Source: the human T2T-CHM13v2.0 reference genome, Homo sapiens
NCBI RefSeq assembly: GCF_009914755.1
Contig: NC_060939.1
DNA length: 64,000 bases
Strand: one strand, 5' to 3'
Part shown: piece after piece, positions 15,384 through 32,418 of the stretch
How positions within the stretch are numbered: position 1 is the stretch's first letter
Layout of the letters: each line of letters opens with the position of its first letter
Translations under genes and position numbers: made by a program
The notes under the pieces: model-generated
What the model was told of the DNA's origin: nothing
Seen by the model: the letters and a program-made list of their open reading frames with translations, nothing else
The model's database searches: none

Positions 15384-16449
15384 TAACTTACTAGATCTGG
15401 TTACATATACTTTCTCTGACACCTTCCTCCCTATTGCTCCTTCTACCAGCATTACTCCAGATAGAATGAACAGAACTTTTCCAGAGTGCTTTTCACATTT
15501 ACTAACCACTTTTACATCCATCATCTCATGTTCCAACCAGCAACTTTGGGATGCACGACACTTGTATTATCATCATTTTACCTTATATATGAGGCAATGA
15601 CACTACATCCTGGTCCCCATATCTAGCCCGGAACTGTTTCTAATACAGCACACCGTCTCCAGTGCACTGGCAATTTTATACAGAATAAGCCTGTAATGCC
15701 TGATTTGGCTGCACTTAGCTTCAAAGGGCTTGTAATGCCTGAAGACCATAATAGCACTGACTTATGATAATCTAGTTCAAGTTCCGTTTGCAGAAGTGGA
15801 TCTGTCATACTTCCGGTCTAAGCCCAGCAGTATTAGGCTGCACTAGAGATTATGAAGACTAGGAATAGAGTTTAGAGAAAATGTAAACCAAAAAGAACTA
15901 AGAATTTGTGCAAAATGATCAAGAAACTAGTCTGCAGGGGTAACTTAATTGGGTAAGGTCAGTTGTAACTTTGAGGAAACATCCATTTACAAATTACAGA
16001 ATTTGTTTCTACAATTGCAGAGATTCCTATAAAATGTTAGAAAAACTACATTTAATTGAAAATAAGAAATCAGGTATTAGGTGAAATAGAGATCCTAATC
16101 AAGAGAAGGTGAGAATGAAAAAAGCAACACTAAAATGCAATCACATAGTTTTTTCAATTAAATAAATAGGAGGCACCGTAACTATCTTGATGCAACACCG
16201 GAAAAGCTGTTTCGTCAAAGAGCTCACAAGACACACAGACAAGTAACTCTCCAGCGGCATGAAATGCATCCAGAAATCCAAACCATTTTGCCAGGTATTT
16301 AAACAGAAAGGGTTGTGTCTAGATTCACGCGGGGACTCGGCTTTTGACGTACACACTCTGTATTTGGTTTAGCGTACTAGGGAAGATCTATTAAAGCCCT
16401 GATTACTTATGCTGCTTCCGTGTCTATTCCCCGCGGTTACGAGGCATAC

Positions 16450-16578
16450 CAGAAGTCCAAGTTTCTTTGTTCTGTACCAGGACGGACGCTGGTCATAAAT
16501 ACTGAACCATCGTAGCCCAGCCACTTCACCCACACCAGGGTAAAAGGGTGGGGGAGCGGAGGAGGGGCAAGGTTCCAT
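16450..16578 (-). CDS. BNIP2: BNIP2 alternative first exon 1b, coding part: MEPCPSSAPPPFYPGVGEVAGLRWFSIYDQRPSWYRTKKLGLL
   Basis: ATG 16578 (GGG ATG G), 43 codons, donor CTG|gtatgc at 16449, phase 0 into exon 2. Confidence 0.6.
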
Positions 16579-16852
16579 CCCGAGCACAACTACCAGAAAC
16601 GGAAAAGCGACGGGGTGGGGGGCCAAACTGCCAAATACAAACAGGACCCAAGCCAAGGGCGGGGACCTAAGCTGGGCGGGGATCCAGGAAGCACCTCCCG
16701 AGCAGGTTCTATGGCTCCCCCTACCAAGGGTAACTCTCTGGGTTTCCTCTCCCCGGACGTTGTGGGCACGCGCCCGACAGACTTTCGCCCCTAGGCCGGT
16801 TCCCAGTCCAGCTCCGGAGCCACCGTGCCGAGTTCTCCCAGGCCGCACTCAC

Positions 16853-17158
16853 CCCGGAGGAAGCCTTGGCCCCCTCGTCCTCTTCGCCCCTCCAGGCCGG
16901 CGACGTGGGGCTGACGGCCAGGTCGCAAAAAGCAGGGCCGAGCGGAGCCCGCTCCCCTCGGTCGGCGGTGGAGACCCCGGCCCAATCCCCCGGCCGCAGC
17001 GGTACGGCGTCGGCGGCAGCAGCTGACCCGGACGCAGTGAGAAGCCCCGGCGGAAGTGATAACATCCCGACCTCCTCCGGGCGCGGCAGCCGGCGGTGGA
17101 GGCGGCGGAGGCGTGGCGGCGGCGGAGGCGTGGCGTCTTCTTGAAACCCACACAGCAT
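16853..17158 (-). other. BNIP2: BNIP2 first exon 1a (TSS position uncertain; upstream in-frame ATGs at 17158 and 17065)
   Basis: Donor GGG|gtgagt at 16852 inside the CpG island; frame of ORF 16721..17182 joins exon 2 at phase 0. Confidence 0.85.
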
Positions 17159-17366
17159 CCCCCCAACCCCCTCAGACGTCACGGGCTAGCGCTCGCGCCT
17201 GCACTCGCGGGGTCGGCCTTCCTTGCCTGTGGGCGGATCCGTCGCGTCGACTCCTTATTGGTGGCGTTACTACGCCTCAAGGCGTTTCTTCCCTCTTTGC
17301 TGTCCGCAGGGACGCTGCCTGGTAGTTTCAGTTACTTTTGTTTTCTTTCTGCCTGCCTTTATTGAT

Positions 17367-17505
17367 CATTACAGTAGGTGAAATTATCGATATCAATAAT
17401 AATATTGTAATACAATAGGTGCAATTATCAATATCAATATTATTACAACAGGTGCAATTATCAGTATCATTACAATAGGTGCAATTATCAGCGATCAATA
17501 ATAAT
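17367..17505. repeat. AT-rich minisatellite, 4 degenerate copies of TACAATAGGTGCAATTATCA
   Basis: Core repeats visible near 17370, 17411, 17444 and 17471. Confidence 0.85.
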
Positions 17506-17537
17506 GTGAATTATAAAATGGATGAAATAAGGGGAGG

Positions 17538-17865
17538 AGGTCGGGCGCGGTGGTTTACGCTTGTAATCCCAGCACTTTGGGAGGGCGAGGCGGGTGGATT
17601 ACCGGAGGTCAAGAGCTCGAGACCAGCCTGGCCAACATGGTGACACCTCGTCTCTACTAAACAAACAAAAATTAGCTGGGCGTGGTGGCGCGCGTCTGTA
17701 ATCCCAACTACTCAGGAGGCGAGGGCGGAGGCGGAGGCGGAGTTGGAGTTTGCAGTGAGCCGAGATCGTGCCATTGCACTCCAGCTTGGGCAACAGAGCA
17801 AAAACTCCGTCTCAAATAAAAGGAAAAAGGAAAAAAAAAAGAAAAAGAAAAAGAAAAAAAAGAAA
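17538..17865 (+). mobile_element. Alu, CpG-rich, with an internal (GGCGGA)n rearrangement
   Basis: Consensus with altered right arm. Confidence 0.9.
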
Positions 17866-18253
17866 TAAGGCGAGGAAAAATATCCGAGGCATCATTTTGG
17901 GGAGTTAGGCCTCAGAAGCGACCTTAGAGTTTGGTAATATTGGAGTGTGAAAAGCTTTACAGCAGTGCTTCTCTTCACTGGGGGAACGGTCGGTTTATTT
18001 TTTTCAATTTTCAATTAGTTTTTGACAAGTTAATAAAACAGAAAAATGAAAAGACATACAAAGTCCAAGTCAAAACTTTTTATCGTTAGAGTTAACAGCC
18101 ATAAAATTACCTGCAAAATTGACATAGAGTTTTCTACTCTCTCTCTGTGAACCATTTGCAAACAGTTCTCAGAAGAGCCCAGGTCTATAGACCATGGTTA
18201 GAGTACTCAAGGTAAACTACTCAAATTAGACCATACTCAGCTGTAGAGTTTCA

Positions 18254-18665
<412 letters not shown>

Positions 18666-19522
18666 TCATCTGATAAATCCATAGAAAGGCTCAGCATCAA
18701 GTATTTGGGTGATTCCACTGGGGTACGATCAGGCCTGAGGGGAACAGAAAAGCTCAAAATTTTAAATCATTGACTAAAAATGCAGCATTCTGCCTGGATT
18801 TCACATTGCTTTGGCAACATTTACCCACCATTGGTAGATTAAAGTCCGTCTCTGATAAAATGGGAAGAAAATAGTACCTACCTTATAGGGTTTTTGTGAG
18901 ATGAATTCATATATATGTATTAGGACCTTGGTTGTCATATTGTAATCACATTTAAGTATTAGGTATTCTTTTTATCCTAGTCTAGCAATTTCACTAAATA
19001 GCTAGTAGAGAAAACAAAACTGATCAACAGAGCTTTAGCTAAACAACTACTTGGGCCAAGAAATTTCATCTTGATTTACAGAAGTTTTTGTAGTTTCATA
19101 CTTTGCTTCTTCAGTTCTGCAATGTGCAGAATTCCCCACAGGGTGGCAGAAAATCATTGGAAATCATATATAGTTATGTGATTTTTTTTTTTTTTTAAGA
19201 TCTTCAGTTCCTTCTTCATTTTAGTAACTTCATTATTTAATAAGCTTGATCAGTGTTTGCTTTGGTTTCGAGTAAGCCATCCTATTACTTATCTTTTTAT
19301 CCCTATCTTGTTAATTATCCATACTTATTGTTGAAACATTACAAACTACAAGTAAGCCAAAAAGATAATTATTATTAACATATTTATGTATAGCCTTTCA
19401 GATTATATATATATATATTCACACACATATATATTTTATGTATAAATTGCACATATAAGTCTTTATAAAAATCAGATAATGTACTTAGTGGTTTATAATC
19501 TCCATTTTCTTCTTTTCATTTA

Positions 19523-19835
<313 letters not shown>

Positions 19836-20019
19836 ACAGATTCTGAGGCTTCACCCTCTACAGTCTATGGAAAGATATGGGAATCTATATTATAAAAATA
19901 AATAAGTAAAATATATTATGAACTCTTTTTCAAGTCAATAAATACATTCCAATGCTATTATTTTCATTATGGATAATGTATATATTAAACAATCCTTTAT
20001 TGAACTTTTAGATTGTTCC

Positions 20020-20590
20020 TTTTTTTTTTTTCTTTTGAGACAGGGTCTTACTTTGTTGCCAGGCTGGAGTGCAGTGGCATGGTCTCAGCTCACTGCAGCC
20101 TCCACTTTTTGATTTAAGTGATTCTCGTGCCTCAGCCTCTGGAGTAGCTGGGATTATAGGCATGTGCCACCATGTCTAAGTTGTGTACTTTTGGAGAGAC
20201 AGGTTTTTGCCATGTTGCCCGGGGTTGTCCTGAACTCCTGGCCTCAAGTGAACTCCTGCCCACCTTGGCCTCCCAAAATGCTGGGAATACAGGTGTGAGC
20301 CACCACGCAAGGCCTTGTTCAATTTTTTTTTTTTTTTTTTTTGAGATGGAGTCTCACTCTGTCGCCCTGGCTGGAGTGCAGTGGTGCGATCTCGGCTCAC
20401 TGCAATCTGTGCCTCCCGGGTTGAAGTGATTCTCCTGCCTCAGCCTCTCAAGTAGCTGGGATTACAGGCATGCACCACCACGCCTGGCTAATTTTTGTGT
20501 AGTAGCGACAGGGTTTCACCATGTTGGTCAAGCTAGTCTTGAACTCCTGACCTCAGGCAATCCTCCCGCCTTGGCCTCCCAAAGCGCTGG
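20020..20590 (-). mobile_element. Two tandem antisense Alus (about 20020-20315 and 20323-20590)
   Basis: Consensus. Confidence 0.88.
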
Positions 20591-20781
20591 ACAACACTTC
20601 ATAGGTGTTCAAAAAGTCAGAAACATAGGACTAATTTATTTTCAAACAATGTATTAGTAACATTTCGAAATAATATTGCTCAATATATTTTCCTTTGACT
20701 TCCACATACTGTCTTAGGTAAGTGTCTCTAAAGAAATAAATGGAATTGTTAATCCAAAATACGATGTTAAATATACACTGT

Positions 20782-21085
20782 AGGCCAGGCGTGGTGCTCA
20801 CGCCTGTAATCCCAGCACTTTGGGAGGCTGAGGTGGACGGATCACCTGAGGTCTGGAGTTGGAGACCAGGCTGGCCAACATGGTGAAACCCCACCTCTAC
20901 TAAAAATACAAAATTTAGCTGGGTGTGGTGGCACACATCTGTAATCCCAGCTACTTGGAAGGCTGAAGCAGGGAAATCGGTTGAACCTGGGAGGTGGACG
21001 TTTCAGTGAGCCGAGGTCGCGCAACTGAACTCCAGCCTGGATGACAGAGCGAGACTCTGTCTCAAAAAACAAACAAACAAAAAAA
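20782..21085 (+). mobile_element. Alu
   Basis: Consensus. Confidence 0.9.
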
Positions 21086-21366
21086 CCCACTGTATTCCCT
21101 GTGTTTCCAGACTTTTTGGACAAGATTTAGGGTATTTTTACAATTACTTATTGTTTCCTTGAATAGGCAGATATTTAAGCTCTTAAAAATTGGGGAAAAA
21201 TTCCGTGGAAAAAAAAGCATGGCTTCCAGCCCTTATGCCCTACATAGCAGGTAACACTTGGAGAGTGATACATTAGCTCAGAGCCATGGTCAGCCTTTTC
21301 TTGTGTAGTTTTTGGTGTTATGTTTAAATAGGCATTCCTCACACTAAAATTGTATAGTCACTGTTG

Positions 21367-21663
21367 TTTTCTTTTTCTTTTTTTTTTGAGACGGAGTCTC
21401 GCTCTGTCGCCCAGGCTGGAGTGCAGTGGCGTGATCTCGGCTCACTGCAACCTCCATCTCCTGGGTTCAAGCAATTATCTGCCTCAGCCTCCCAAGTAGC
21501 TGGGATTATAGGTGCCTGCCACCACGCCCAGCTAATTTTTATATTTTTAGTGGAGACAGGGTTTCACCATTTTGGCCAGGTTGATCTTGAACTCCTGACC
21601 TCGTGATCCGCCCGCCTCAGCCTCCCAAAGTGCTGGGATTACAGTGAGCCACTGCGCCCGGCC
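21367..21663 (-). mobile_element. Alu
   Basis: TSD TCACTGTTGTTTTCT. Confidence 0.92.
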
Positions 21664-21959
21664 CATCACTGTTGTTTTCTTCTGGTGGTCTTATAGTTTC
21701 TTTTTCTTTTTTCTTTTCTTTTTTTTTTTACATATGAATATTAAATCCAATTGGCATTTTGTGTATGTGCTTATGATATGAATAGGGAGTCTGACTTTAC
21801 TAAACTGACTAAAGAGTTTGTGTAAAAGCATTTATTGAATAATCCAGTAATTCTTGAACTCACCTAGGACTCAGTCAAATGAATGTTTACTTTCAAAGTT
21901 GTCATTTTAGATTACCCACTTCTTTCAAGTATCCATTCATTTGATACATCTTTATTTAC

Positions 21960-22378
21960 TTATTTAAATATTTATTTAGAAATGGGGTCTTGCTATTTTA
22001 CCTAGGCTGGTCTCGAACTCCTGGCCTCAAGCAATCCTCCTGCCTCAGCCTCTCGAAGTGCTCTGCCATGCCCGCTTGAGATATATATATATATATGTTC
22101 TGAGACAGGGTTTCACTCTGCCATCTAGGCTGGAGTGCAGTGGCACGATCTTGGCTCACTGCAACCTTCGCCTTCTGGGTTTGTGCCTCAGCCATCAGAG
22201 TAGCAGGACTATAGGCGTGTGCCACCACACCCGGCTAATCTTTTTACTTTCATTTTTTAGTAGAGACAGGGTTTCGCCATGTTGACCAGGCTGGTCTCCA
22301 ACTCCTGACCTTAAGTGATCTGCCTGCTTCAGCCTCTCAAATTGCTGGGATTACAGGTGGGAGCCACCACACCTGGCC
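21960..22378 (-). mobile_element. FLAM-like monomer, (AT)n, and Alu (about 22098-22378)
   Basis: Consensus. Confidence 0.82.
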
Positions 22379-23248
22379 AGTAAATCTTTATTGAACAATA
22401 TCATAAATCAATGCTGTTGGGCCCCGAGGATGCAGGAAAAAAAAAGACATAGTATCTGCATTCAAAGAGCTTATCAACTGGTTAGGGAGAGGAGCAATGA
22501 AGACAATAAACAATTTGGTGGATTGAGGTGACCTTGGTACTTTTAAGGTGCAGCTAAATTGAAGGGAGCTAAACAGATTAGAGAGTGGGAGATAAAGGCA
22601 GTAGAGGTTTTCTGAATGAGGAGATCTTGAGCTTAGTAACAAGAGGATGATCTTTCTGGCAGAGGGAATTGGAATATGCAGATTCACAGAGGCTTCTAGG
22701 AACTGCAGTGTTCAGCATGACCAGAGCACAAGCAATGGGAGAAGGGGTGGCTGTAAATAGCCCTTAACAAAAAGGAAGTAGTCAAAGGCCAGATTAAAAA
22801 GGGATTTTTTTTAATGGTAAGGATTTATTTGTAGCCAATATAATGAGCAATGTGGAAAAGGAATCATCTATTAATTTATAATCGAATTCCAAAAGAAGAG
22901 ATTGAAAGGTATCCTGCACAGTGGCAGCAGCGTTAGGATGAGTCCTCCTAAGACAACGAACTTTGAGAAAGGCAGCACTCATTTGAATATATGCTTCAGT
23001 ATGTGTTAAAAGCATTTATGATACTTTGTCACACTTTGTACATTAAAATAAAAGTGCTCAGCCAACATAGACTTGGAAGAGGTGTTGAGCCTGTGCCGAG
23101 AGTGGTGGATAGTGATGAAAGGCTGAAGGCATGGACATGATGGCTAGACGGGGAGGCAGAAGACACCATCTGACCTATGCTAACAGGGAGTGATGTATCA
23201 GACTGATGAGAACAGGCCCTCTGACAACTTCTTGAAAGAATGATAATA

Positions 23249-23666
<418 letters not shown>

Positions 23667-24471
23667 TTACTCCTCCGGTCCCCCACTCCCCAGATTTCCT
23701 TTTTTTGTTTGTAATTATTCTGTATTGGGATACATTTTGTATCCTGTTTCCCTACTCCATCTGGCCCACTCTGCCATGAAGTGTGAGAGTCTTGTGCTAA
23801 GTTCTGTTCAGCACACAGATTCTTGGGTAGCTTTTTTTCTGCTTCTTTGTGCTTTGCTATTCCCACTGCTCATCATTCCTCCTTTCATCAAACCAGCCTC
23901 ATAGCATCTCCCAACAGATGGAGAATTTGGGTATGCTATTACCCTGTACTAACAGGGCATGTTGTATTCCTTCAAATAATTTTTGTAAATAATTAAAACC
24001 ATTTCCTCACACAGTCTTCCTCTGAATGTTTCTCATAATTCCTACCTTACAGATGGCACAATGAAGGTATCTATTAGAATGGGAAAGTTCCTCACACAGC
24101 TGTTGCCATCCCATGTGACACTTTTCTGTAGATTAGCCAAGGAATCTCTTCTGGCTAATGGAGAAGCCTTTAGAATGGGCTGAGCCCTTCCGGTTCAGCT
24201 CAACAACCTTGCCCCAAGGAGCTGATAAAGCTCCTTGGTGTCTTGAGCTGATAAAGCTCAATAGACGTCTTTGTTCAAATTTTCAAAAGCTAGGCCTCCC
24301 GCCTGGGCAGGTGGAGCCTTGCTCCAGAGCATGTGGCTTGATAAATAGAATGTTCCCTCAGCTGAGTCCTGTGTGTAGGCCACAACCTGCTCAGCTGGAC
24401 AGACTGGCCCTGGTTCCCCACCAAGGTCTTGGAATCGCATGTAATTATTTTCCCTATAATAAGACTTCCTT

Positions 24472-24776
24472 GGGCCGGGGTTTACGTTTGTAATCCCAGC
24501 ACTTTGGGAGGCCGAGGCTGGCGGATCACTTGAGATTAGGAGTCCCAGATGAACCTGTTCCAGACGGCGAAACTCCATCTCCACTAAAAACACACACACA
24601 AAATTAGCCCTGTTTGGTGGCTCATGCCTGTAATCCCAGCTACTGGTGAGGCTGAGGCAGGAGAATCGCTTGAATCCAGGAGACGGAGGTTGCAGTGAGC
24701 CGAGATCGCTCAATGCACTCCAGCCTGGACGTCAGACCGAGACCCTGTCTCAAAAAAAAAAAAAAAAAAAAAAAAA
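24472..24776 (+). mobile_element. Alu
   Basis: Consensus, poly(A). Confidence 0.9.
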
Positions 24777-25501
24777 GACTCCTTTATTGTTCTGTCGATA
24801 AAGCATCTTTGGAGGATTGGATCTCTACATGAAGATTCTGTTTCTAGATACATTTACATATGCTACTTAATGATGTTCACTAGAACTGCTTCCCAGCACC
24901 CAAGCCAACCTTGGACTAGAAGATGAGAGAGGATGAAGAAGATATTTGAGACGATGCTTAGGAAATGCTTGTGTAATTTCAAATTTTAGAAGATAAAAGA
25001 TACATTGCACAAAACTCGCATGCTGCTTTACTTTTCACTGTAGGATTTTATAGACAGATTGTTATTCTCACTTACAAGCATATAAATTCAGTGATGTTTG
25101 GCAGCTTGCTCATAATTTTCAAAAAAAACATGAAGTTACCTTTTTACATGGGCTGAAGATGTCTTTGCTGGTTAAGCTTGAGGGTAAAACTGGATAAAAT
25201 TATATATTCATTTAATAATTCATAACTTGAGTTGAAATGAATGTGTATATATTTTTCACTTGTTCACTTTATAAAATTCAAAACTAAACCCAGCAGCAGT
25301 TTTGTCTTTGGCATGGTGACAAGTTTCCTTTCTACAGTGAACCAGTCAAAGAAATTGTTCCAGAGAGAATTTGTGCTTCCCAATTTCAGAAAATCAAATT
25401 GGACTGTACACAATTACACATCACCGTTGTGTGATGCTTCCACATCCCAGAGTGTGCAAGAGAGAAGTAGCAATATACATTTCTAGGAAATACTTCCATC
25501 C

Positions 25502-25786
<285 letters not shown>

Positions 25787-26023
25787 ATACTTCCATATAC
25801 AATTAGATTATAGCCATTCAAGGGAAAAACTAGGCTTAGTTGTCAGAGGATTTTATTGCACAGAACTTTAGAGATTCAACTCATTCAAAGAAATAGCTAG
25901 GTTATAATTTGCAGTGAAGTGAGACTGAGCGTTCAGATATGGACATAGTCGTGTTTGCTGAGGAGGAGGGGGTGTGCATTTCATCCAACAGAAGTTGAGA
26001 AAGGCTGACACTAGCTTAAATGA

Positions 26024-26354
<331 letters not shown>

Positions 26355-27949
26355 AGTGTGAAGAAATCTTAAGAGTTCATATTCAAGTCCTTTGTGAGGA
26401 TATTTCTGCAGTCATAAAAACTTACAAATATGAGTTTAAAATTATCTGAGGATATACATTTTATATTATAAAATCATAAACTTTGGCAAAATCATAGCAA
26501 CCACTTGGTTACTATCATGGTCGCCATTTGGAAAGTAGCTGATGGACAGTGATGCATGTACACTGAATCCTCTACACTGAATAGTATACAAGATCTTCTA
26601 CACTCAACAGGGGTCATTACAAAAATGATTCTTCACTGAAATAATTAATGCTCTTGCAAAAGTATTAATACATAGTATCTGCATGCTTGGTTTATAATTA
26701 AAGTAAAGATTAATCTTGATGAGGGAAGTAGATTTCGCTCTTTCTTCTGTTCTTCAGGCTATGAAATGTTAGTAACACTGTGATCAACTATATTTAGAAA
26801 AACATGAATAAGCAATAGCCTCCAATTAGAAAAAAGCAGTTTGTTTGATTGATTGATAATTTTAGTAGTGATAATGTTTTTTAAATTATTTTTGGGGTGG
26901 GTAAGTGGAAGTAAGAATTGATCAACTAAAGCTAACTGTTTTGCGGTCAGTTTCAGTCTCCTTATCCAGATTAACACAAAATTAGATATAACACTGTCCT
27001 TCATCAAAGCATTAATCATTCATTCTGCATCTTTAGAGTCAAAGTGCAATCTTATTTGTTTAGAGAAAACAAATGCATTTCAAAATACACAAGTAATTGT
27101 TGGGTCAATTGGAAATTTTATTACATTTAACAAAACAAAGCACTGATATGGCTCTATGTAAGGCACATGCATTTTTATTTAATACAAATATAAAAATTAA
27201 AAGGTGGCATCTAATTCACTGTTGCAATGGGTAAATGTTCTACAAGTATATTTCCAAAAATAGTTTACATCCTAAAAGTAACTTACTCAGCTGAGAGAAT
27301 CTAGGTTATTGTTTGTATTTTGAAACATGGGAACTCTGTAAATTGATAAAAATGTACTGAGTTTTAAAAATGAATTTCAGTATAACTGAGAAGAAAATAT
27401 TAAAATTGTAACATTATTTCTCATTTATGTGGTTCCTTTATGATAAAGAAGGAGAAACACCTTCTCCTAATACAATTGCTAAAACACCAAATTGTACTTA
27501 CTAGGAAAAAGAAGAAAGCTTTCCAATTTCAGGTATATACATAATAGGGAGAAATGAAATGCGAAGTTTAGTATGAATTATCTTCTTTAAAAGATCCTTA
27601 ATATCTAACATCTAGATTCTTTTTTTTTAGTGGAATACTAATTCCTTAGCAGATTACTCATTTAATATGAATGATTTTAATGTAAGACATACACACACAC
27701 ATACATGAATGAGATGCCATTCCATCTATATGCCTTGTGTGTAGTTTGAGGTATGGGGGCAGGATTTGAATCAGTAAGATGACTGATGCCTGAAATTACA
27801 TTATTCATCTTTCCTTAATTAGCTTATGACACTGATCCATGTTAAAATGCAATTCTTTTTCATAAAAGGGCTCAACACATAAACCTTATGCTAAAATGGA
27901 AGGCGTGAGAACTTGGTTGGAGTTAGGAGAAGCATTTTAATTATTATTT

Positions 27950-28015
27950 TTCTATAGTCTCTGTGACCTTAGGCAAGTTACCTAACTTCCCCTGACATTG
28001 TTTCCTTATCATTAA
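27950..28015 (+). mobile_element. MIR core fragment
   Basis: ctgtgaccttaggcaagttacctaacttccctg...tttcctt. Confidence 0.65.
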
Positions 28016-28371
28016 TTTCTGACGTACCTATGACTCATCTAAGTTAGCATTGTGCCTGAAGCTGAGATGATTATTTCCTTGATTTTTAGAAATTCACTAA
28101 AATGTTATGTGGATGTTTAAGTACAAGCATCTGAAAATTATATTTTACATGTCTATATTCTGTCTTTTCAAAAAATGGCATAACACAAGAAGACCATCCA
28201 AATATGTACATAATTCCACACCAGGTAATAGGAAAGATTTTAAAAATCTGAATATTTACAAAGTATTTTGGCATTTACAGTTTTCAGGTTTGCACAGTAT
28301 AGGTGAAAGAGCCCTGAACTCAGAATCAGCAAATTTCCTTTAAAATTTCAATCCGACCATTGAATTTGTAG

Positions 28372-29104
<733 letters not shown>

Positions 29105-32034
29105 TAGGGTACAATATATTTCCAAAGGTGTCCTAGGGACCTCTTAAATAAGGAATCTTTTTGTTAAATTAACAAATCTATTCAAAATTAAGCTTCTTAT
29201 TTCTGTTTATTTATTTTTTTTAAGTCACAGGTTGTGGTCTTCACTGCCCATCTTCTCCTACACCCTTATAAAATGGTTTGGTATTTCATTTTTGATCTAG
29301 GAAAGAATAATTCATTTTTATCTTCATTTAATTTTAATAGTCAAGGAGTAGTCTATAAAGATTGAATAAATGTAATCCTTCTGCAATTAGTGTCAAGTTA
29401 ATTCATTCTGGATGTGAATAACTGAAGAAATACAGACCCTCCCACACACTGACAGACACCTTTATCAGGTGTAATGTTTTATGTAAATGATTCTACTTGA
29501 AAGGAAGTTGTCTTGTTTCTCCCTCCTCCCTTTCTGTCCTTGTTAATTGTTTTTAAACCTAAACTTTCTCTCCGCATTTTCTCAGGACTATAGTACCATT
29601 CACTGGATCAACTGTGTTGATCCTACAAAGGTAACACATTTTGCCGCTGATTTGACTCCTTTGCACAGAGAAATTCTTCAGTTTTTCCCCTCTCATAAAA
29701 GTTCACAACCATGTAACTTCTGTGGGTTGCTCCAGCAAGGATATGATCAGACCTCATGAGGATTAAAAGGATCTGGGTATGTCTCGTGTGCAGCAAGCAG
29801 ATAGGATTATTGTAAGCAGCCTTTTGTCTCGCCCAACACGATCCATCTGAATCATCCCAGATTTGATCAACCCAGAGATGACTTCTCTGAGCCAGAATAT
29901 TTTCCCTCCTATGGAGAAGCCAAGATACAAAAATCTATCAGGCAGGTTAACATCTAAAACACTTAAAATAACCTTTCTGCTTTTTTTCCATTAAAATCAA
30001 CACTTGAGGTTATATAGCTGGTGTTCATATAGATTTTAAAATGAACCACCTTAATACATAAGGAATATAACAATCTAATATACTTTTAATTTCAGTGCAG
30101 CTATAAAGGCATACTGGCTATTACTAACATGACTCATCAAGTTTTTTTAAAAGATAATTTAGTTATCTCTTGTCAAGTCACTATTTAATGTTACTTTCTA
30201 CATTTGCTGTGATAAGCATTAAAATCTATATATTGGTTGATAAATCATTGTTTAGGAGTGTCTAAAGGGTACAGTAAATGGTATGAAATTGCCATAGTGT
30301 AGTAAATGGTTATTTGATAATGAATGAAATTGTTTGAAAATACTGTTAAAATGTCAAGTTTAAACATATAGATCATTACTCAGAAGGAAGGCAAACATGG
30401 AAACCACAGTGACATCATAAATATACTGCAATAAACACATTTATTTATACCAGGCAAGTTGTAGGTACTTTGTATAAATGTGTACAAATTGATATATGAA
30501 GTTAATTTCAATCTGTAAAAGTAATTGCATTGGTTTAACTTATTTAACTCTCCTTACAATAATATTTATTGCAGAAAAAGAAGGTAAAGAAATAAATGAT
30601 GATAAATAGATAAAATACATAGGAAATGGGAATTGTTTTACAATTTAATTATACTGTCACATGAAATTATCACACAAATACACCAGTCCGACAGCAGAAA
30701 TACATTAAAACCCTATTATCCAATGTAGGGAACAGTTTTTTTTGTTGGCCTTTATTTCATTTACACATTTAAGATAATTTTCTTTTTTTCTACCAGCATG
30801 AAATGTCTAAACAATGTCAAAAGCAAAAAGAGTAAGTCAGGAACAAAAATTACTTTCTGAAAACATGTTCTGCTTTGTGCAATGTTGTGAAGTCTGACAT
30901 GCAATCTAAGAAAAGAGCAGCAACCCCCAGTCCCCCATGACGGGTGTATCGAAGAAATGTAAACTCAGGAACTCACAATAGACAGTGAAGTTAATTGGTT
31001 TGTTAGACTTCTGCAGAGCTCATAACATGTGCAAATAACTTTACAGCTGTACATCTGAAATGATAGAACATTTCATTTTGGGATAAATAAATATATACTG
31101 CAAAGATTCAATGGTTTTACAAAGCCAACTAACATTTATTTCCTAATATTTATGAGGCATATGCTAGGTGCTGTGGCTGTTACTCAGGCTCTGTCCTGAA
31201 GAGGCTGATTATCTAACAGGAGATGAGATATGTTTGTAAGAAATAAGGCATTTATATCAGGTGTAGCTGTTTATTTGTTGATATGTATATTGGGTTATTT
31301 TGCTCCAAGTTTTAAAATTATAGGTTGAGACCAGAGCACAGTGTCACAAACCTTCCAGTAAAATGTTTAAAACCTGGAATCAGTTTCTGCCTTTGTTATT
31401 TAATTATCCTAAAAATGCTGTAACACACTGAAAAATATGTATACTAGTAACATATTTAGGTTATTAGAGCAAGGATAATTTCATTCATTCTATAATGGAA
31501 AATATAAAATTTAGTTTGAGAAAAATGAACATGATAATGAAAATAAACTAGTCAAAGGAAAAATTAATTGAAGGGATGGGTGAGAATTGAAAATAATCAT
31601 AGGAGTGAAAAAAGGTTTAACACAATTAGTAATATGAAGTGATTAAAAATATATGCAATTTCTTTATGTGTCAAATATTTAACCATGGACAATAAACTAA
31701 CTTTTTAGATGATTTTTAGTTTTTTTGAAATAAAGCCATATTTCTTTCTCATTTTTCTCAATGTCTATTCAAAGTGAAGGCAAATGTCTGGATCTTTCAC
31801 AGTGTGAAGGTTAAATAAGACGTTGTAAACACTCACAATGCCTGGAACATAACAAATTGGGTTTATTTTTCTGATTTGTCATAGAATGCCCAGTGGGGAA
31901 ACATAAATGATGAATGAAAACCCAGAAGAAAGTTTTCATGGACTTAATTGACCAGACAAGGGCTCATCTGAAATTAATTATGTTGTTCTCTAAACTAAAA
32001 AAACTTTGATAATTTTCTTACCTCTGGTATTTGA

Positions 32035-32418
<384 letters not shown>

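Larger units (their letters stand above)
16430..17330 (-). promoter_or_regulatory. CpG island / BNIP2 promoter
   Basis: Very high GC and CpG content; ETS CGGAAGTG 17051-17058, CRE-like TGACGTCT 17174-17181, GC box 17231-17236, CCAAT 17257-17261. Confidence 0.92.

Noticed and set aside
16760-17365. Overlapping plus- and minus-strand ORFs in the CpG island
   Set aside because: Expected from stop-poor GC-rich DNA; only the frames splicing in phase to exon 2 were kept
17367-17505. CRISPR-like repeat-spacer pattern
   Set aside because: Eukaryotic DNA; spacers are short, related AT-rich sequence; no cas genes
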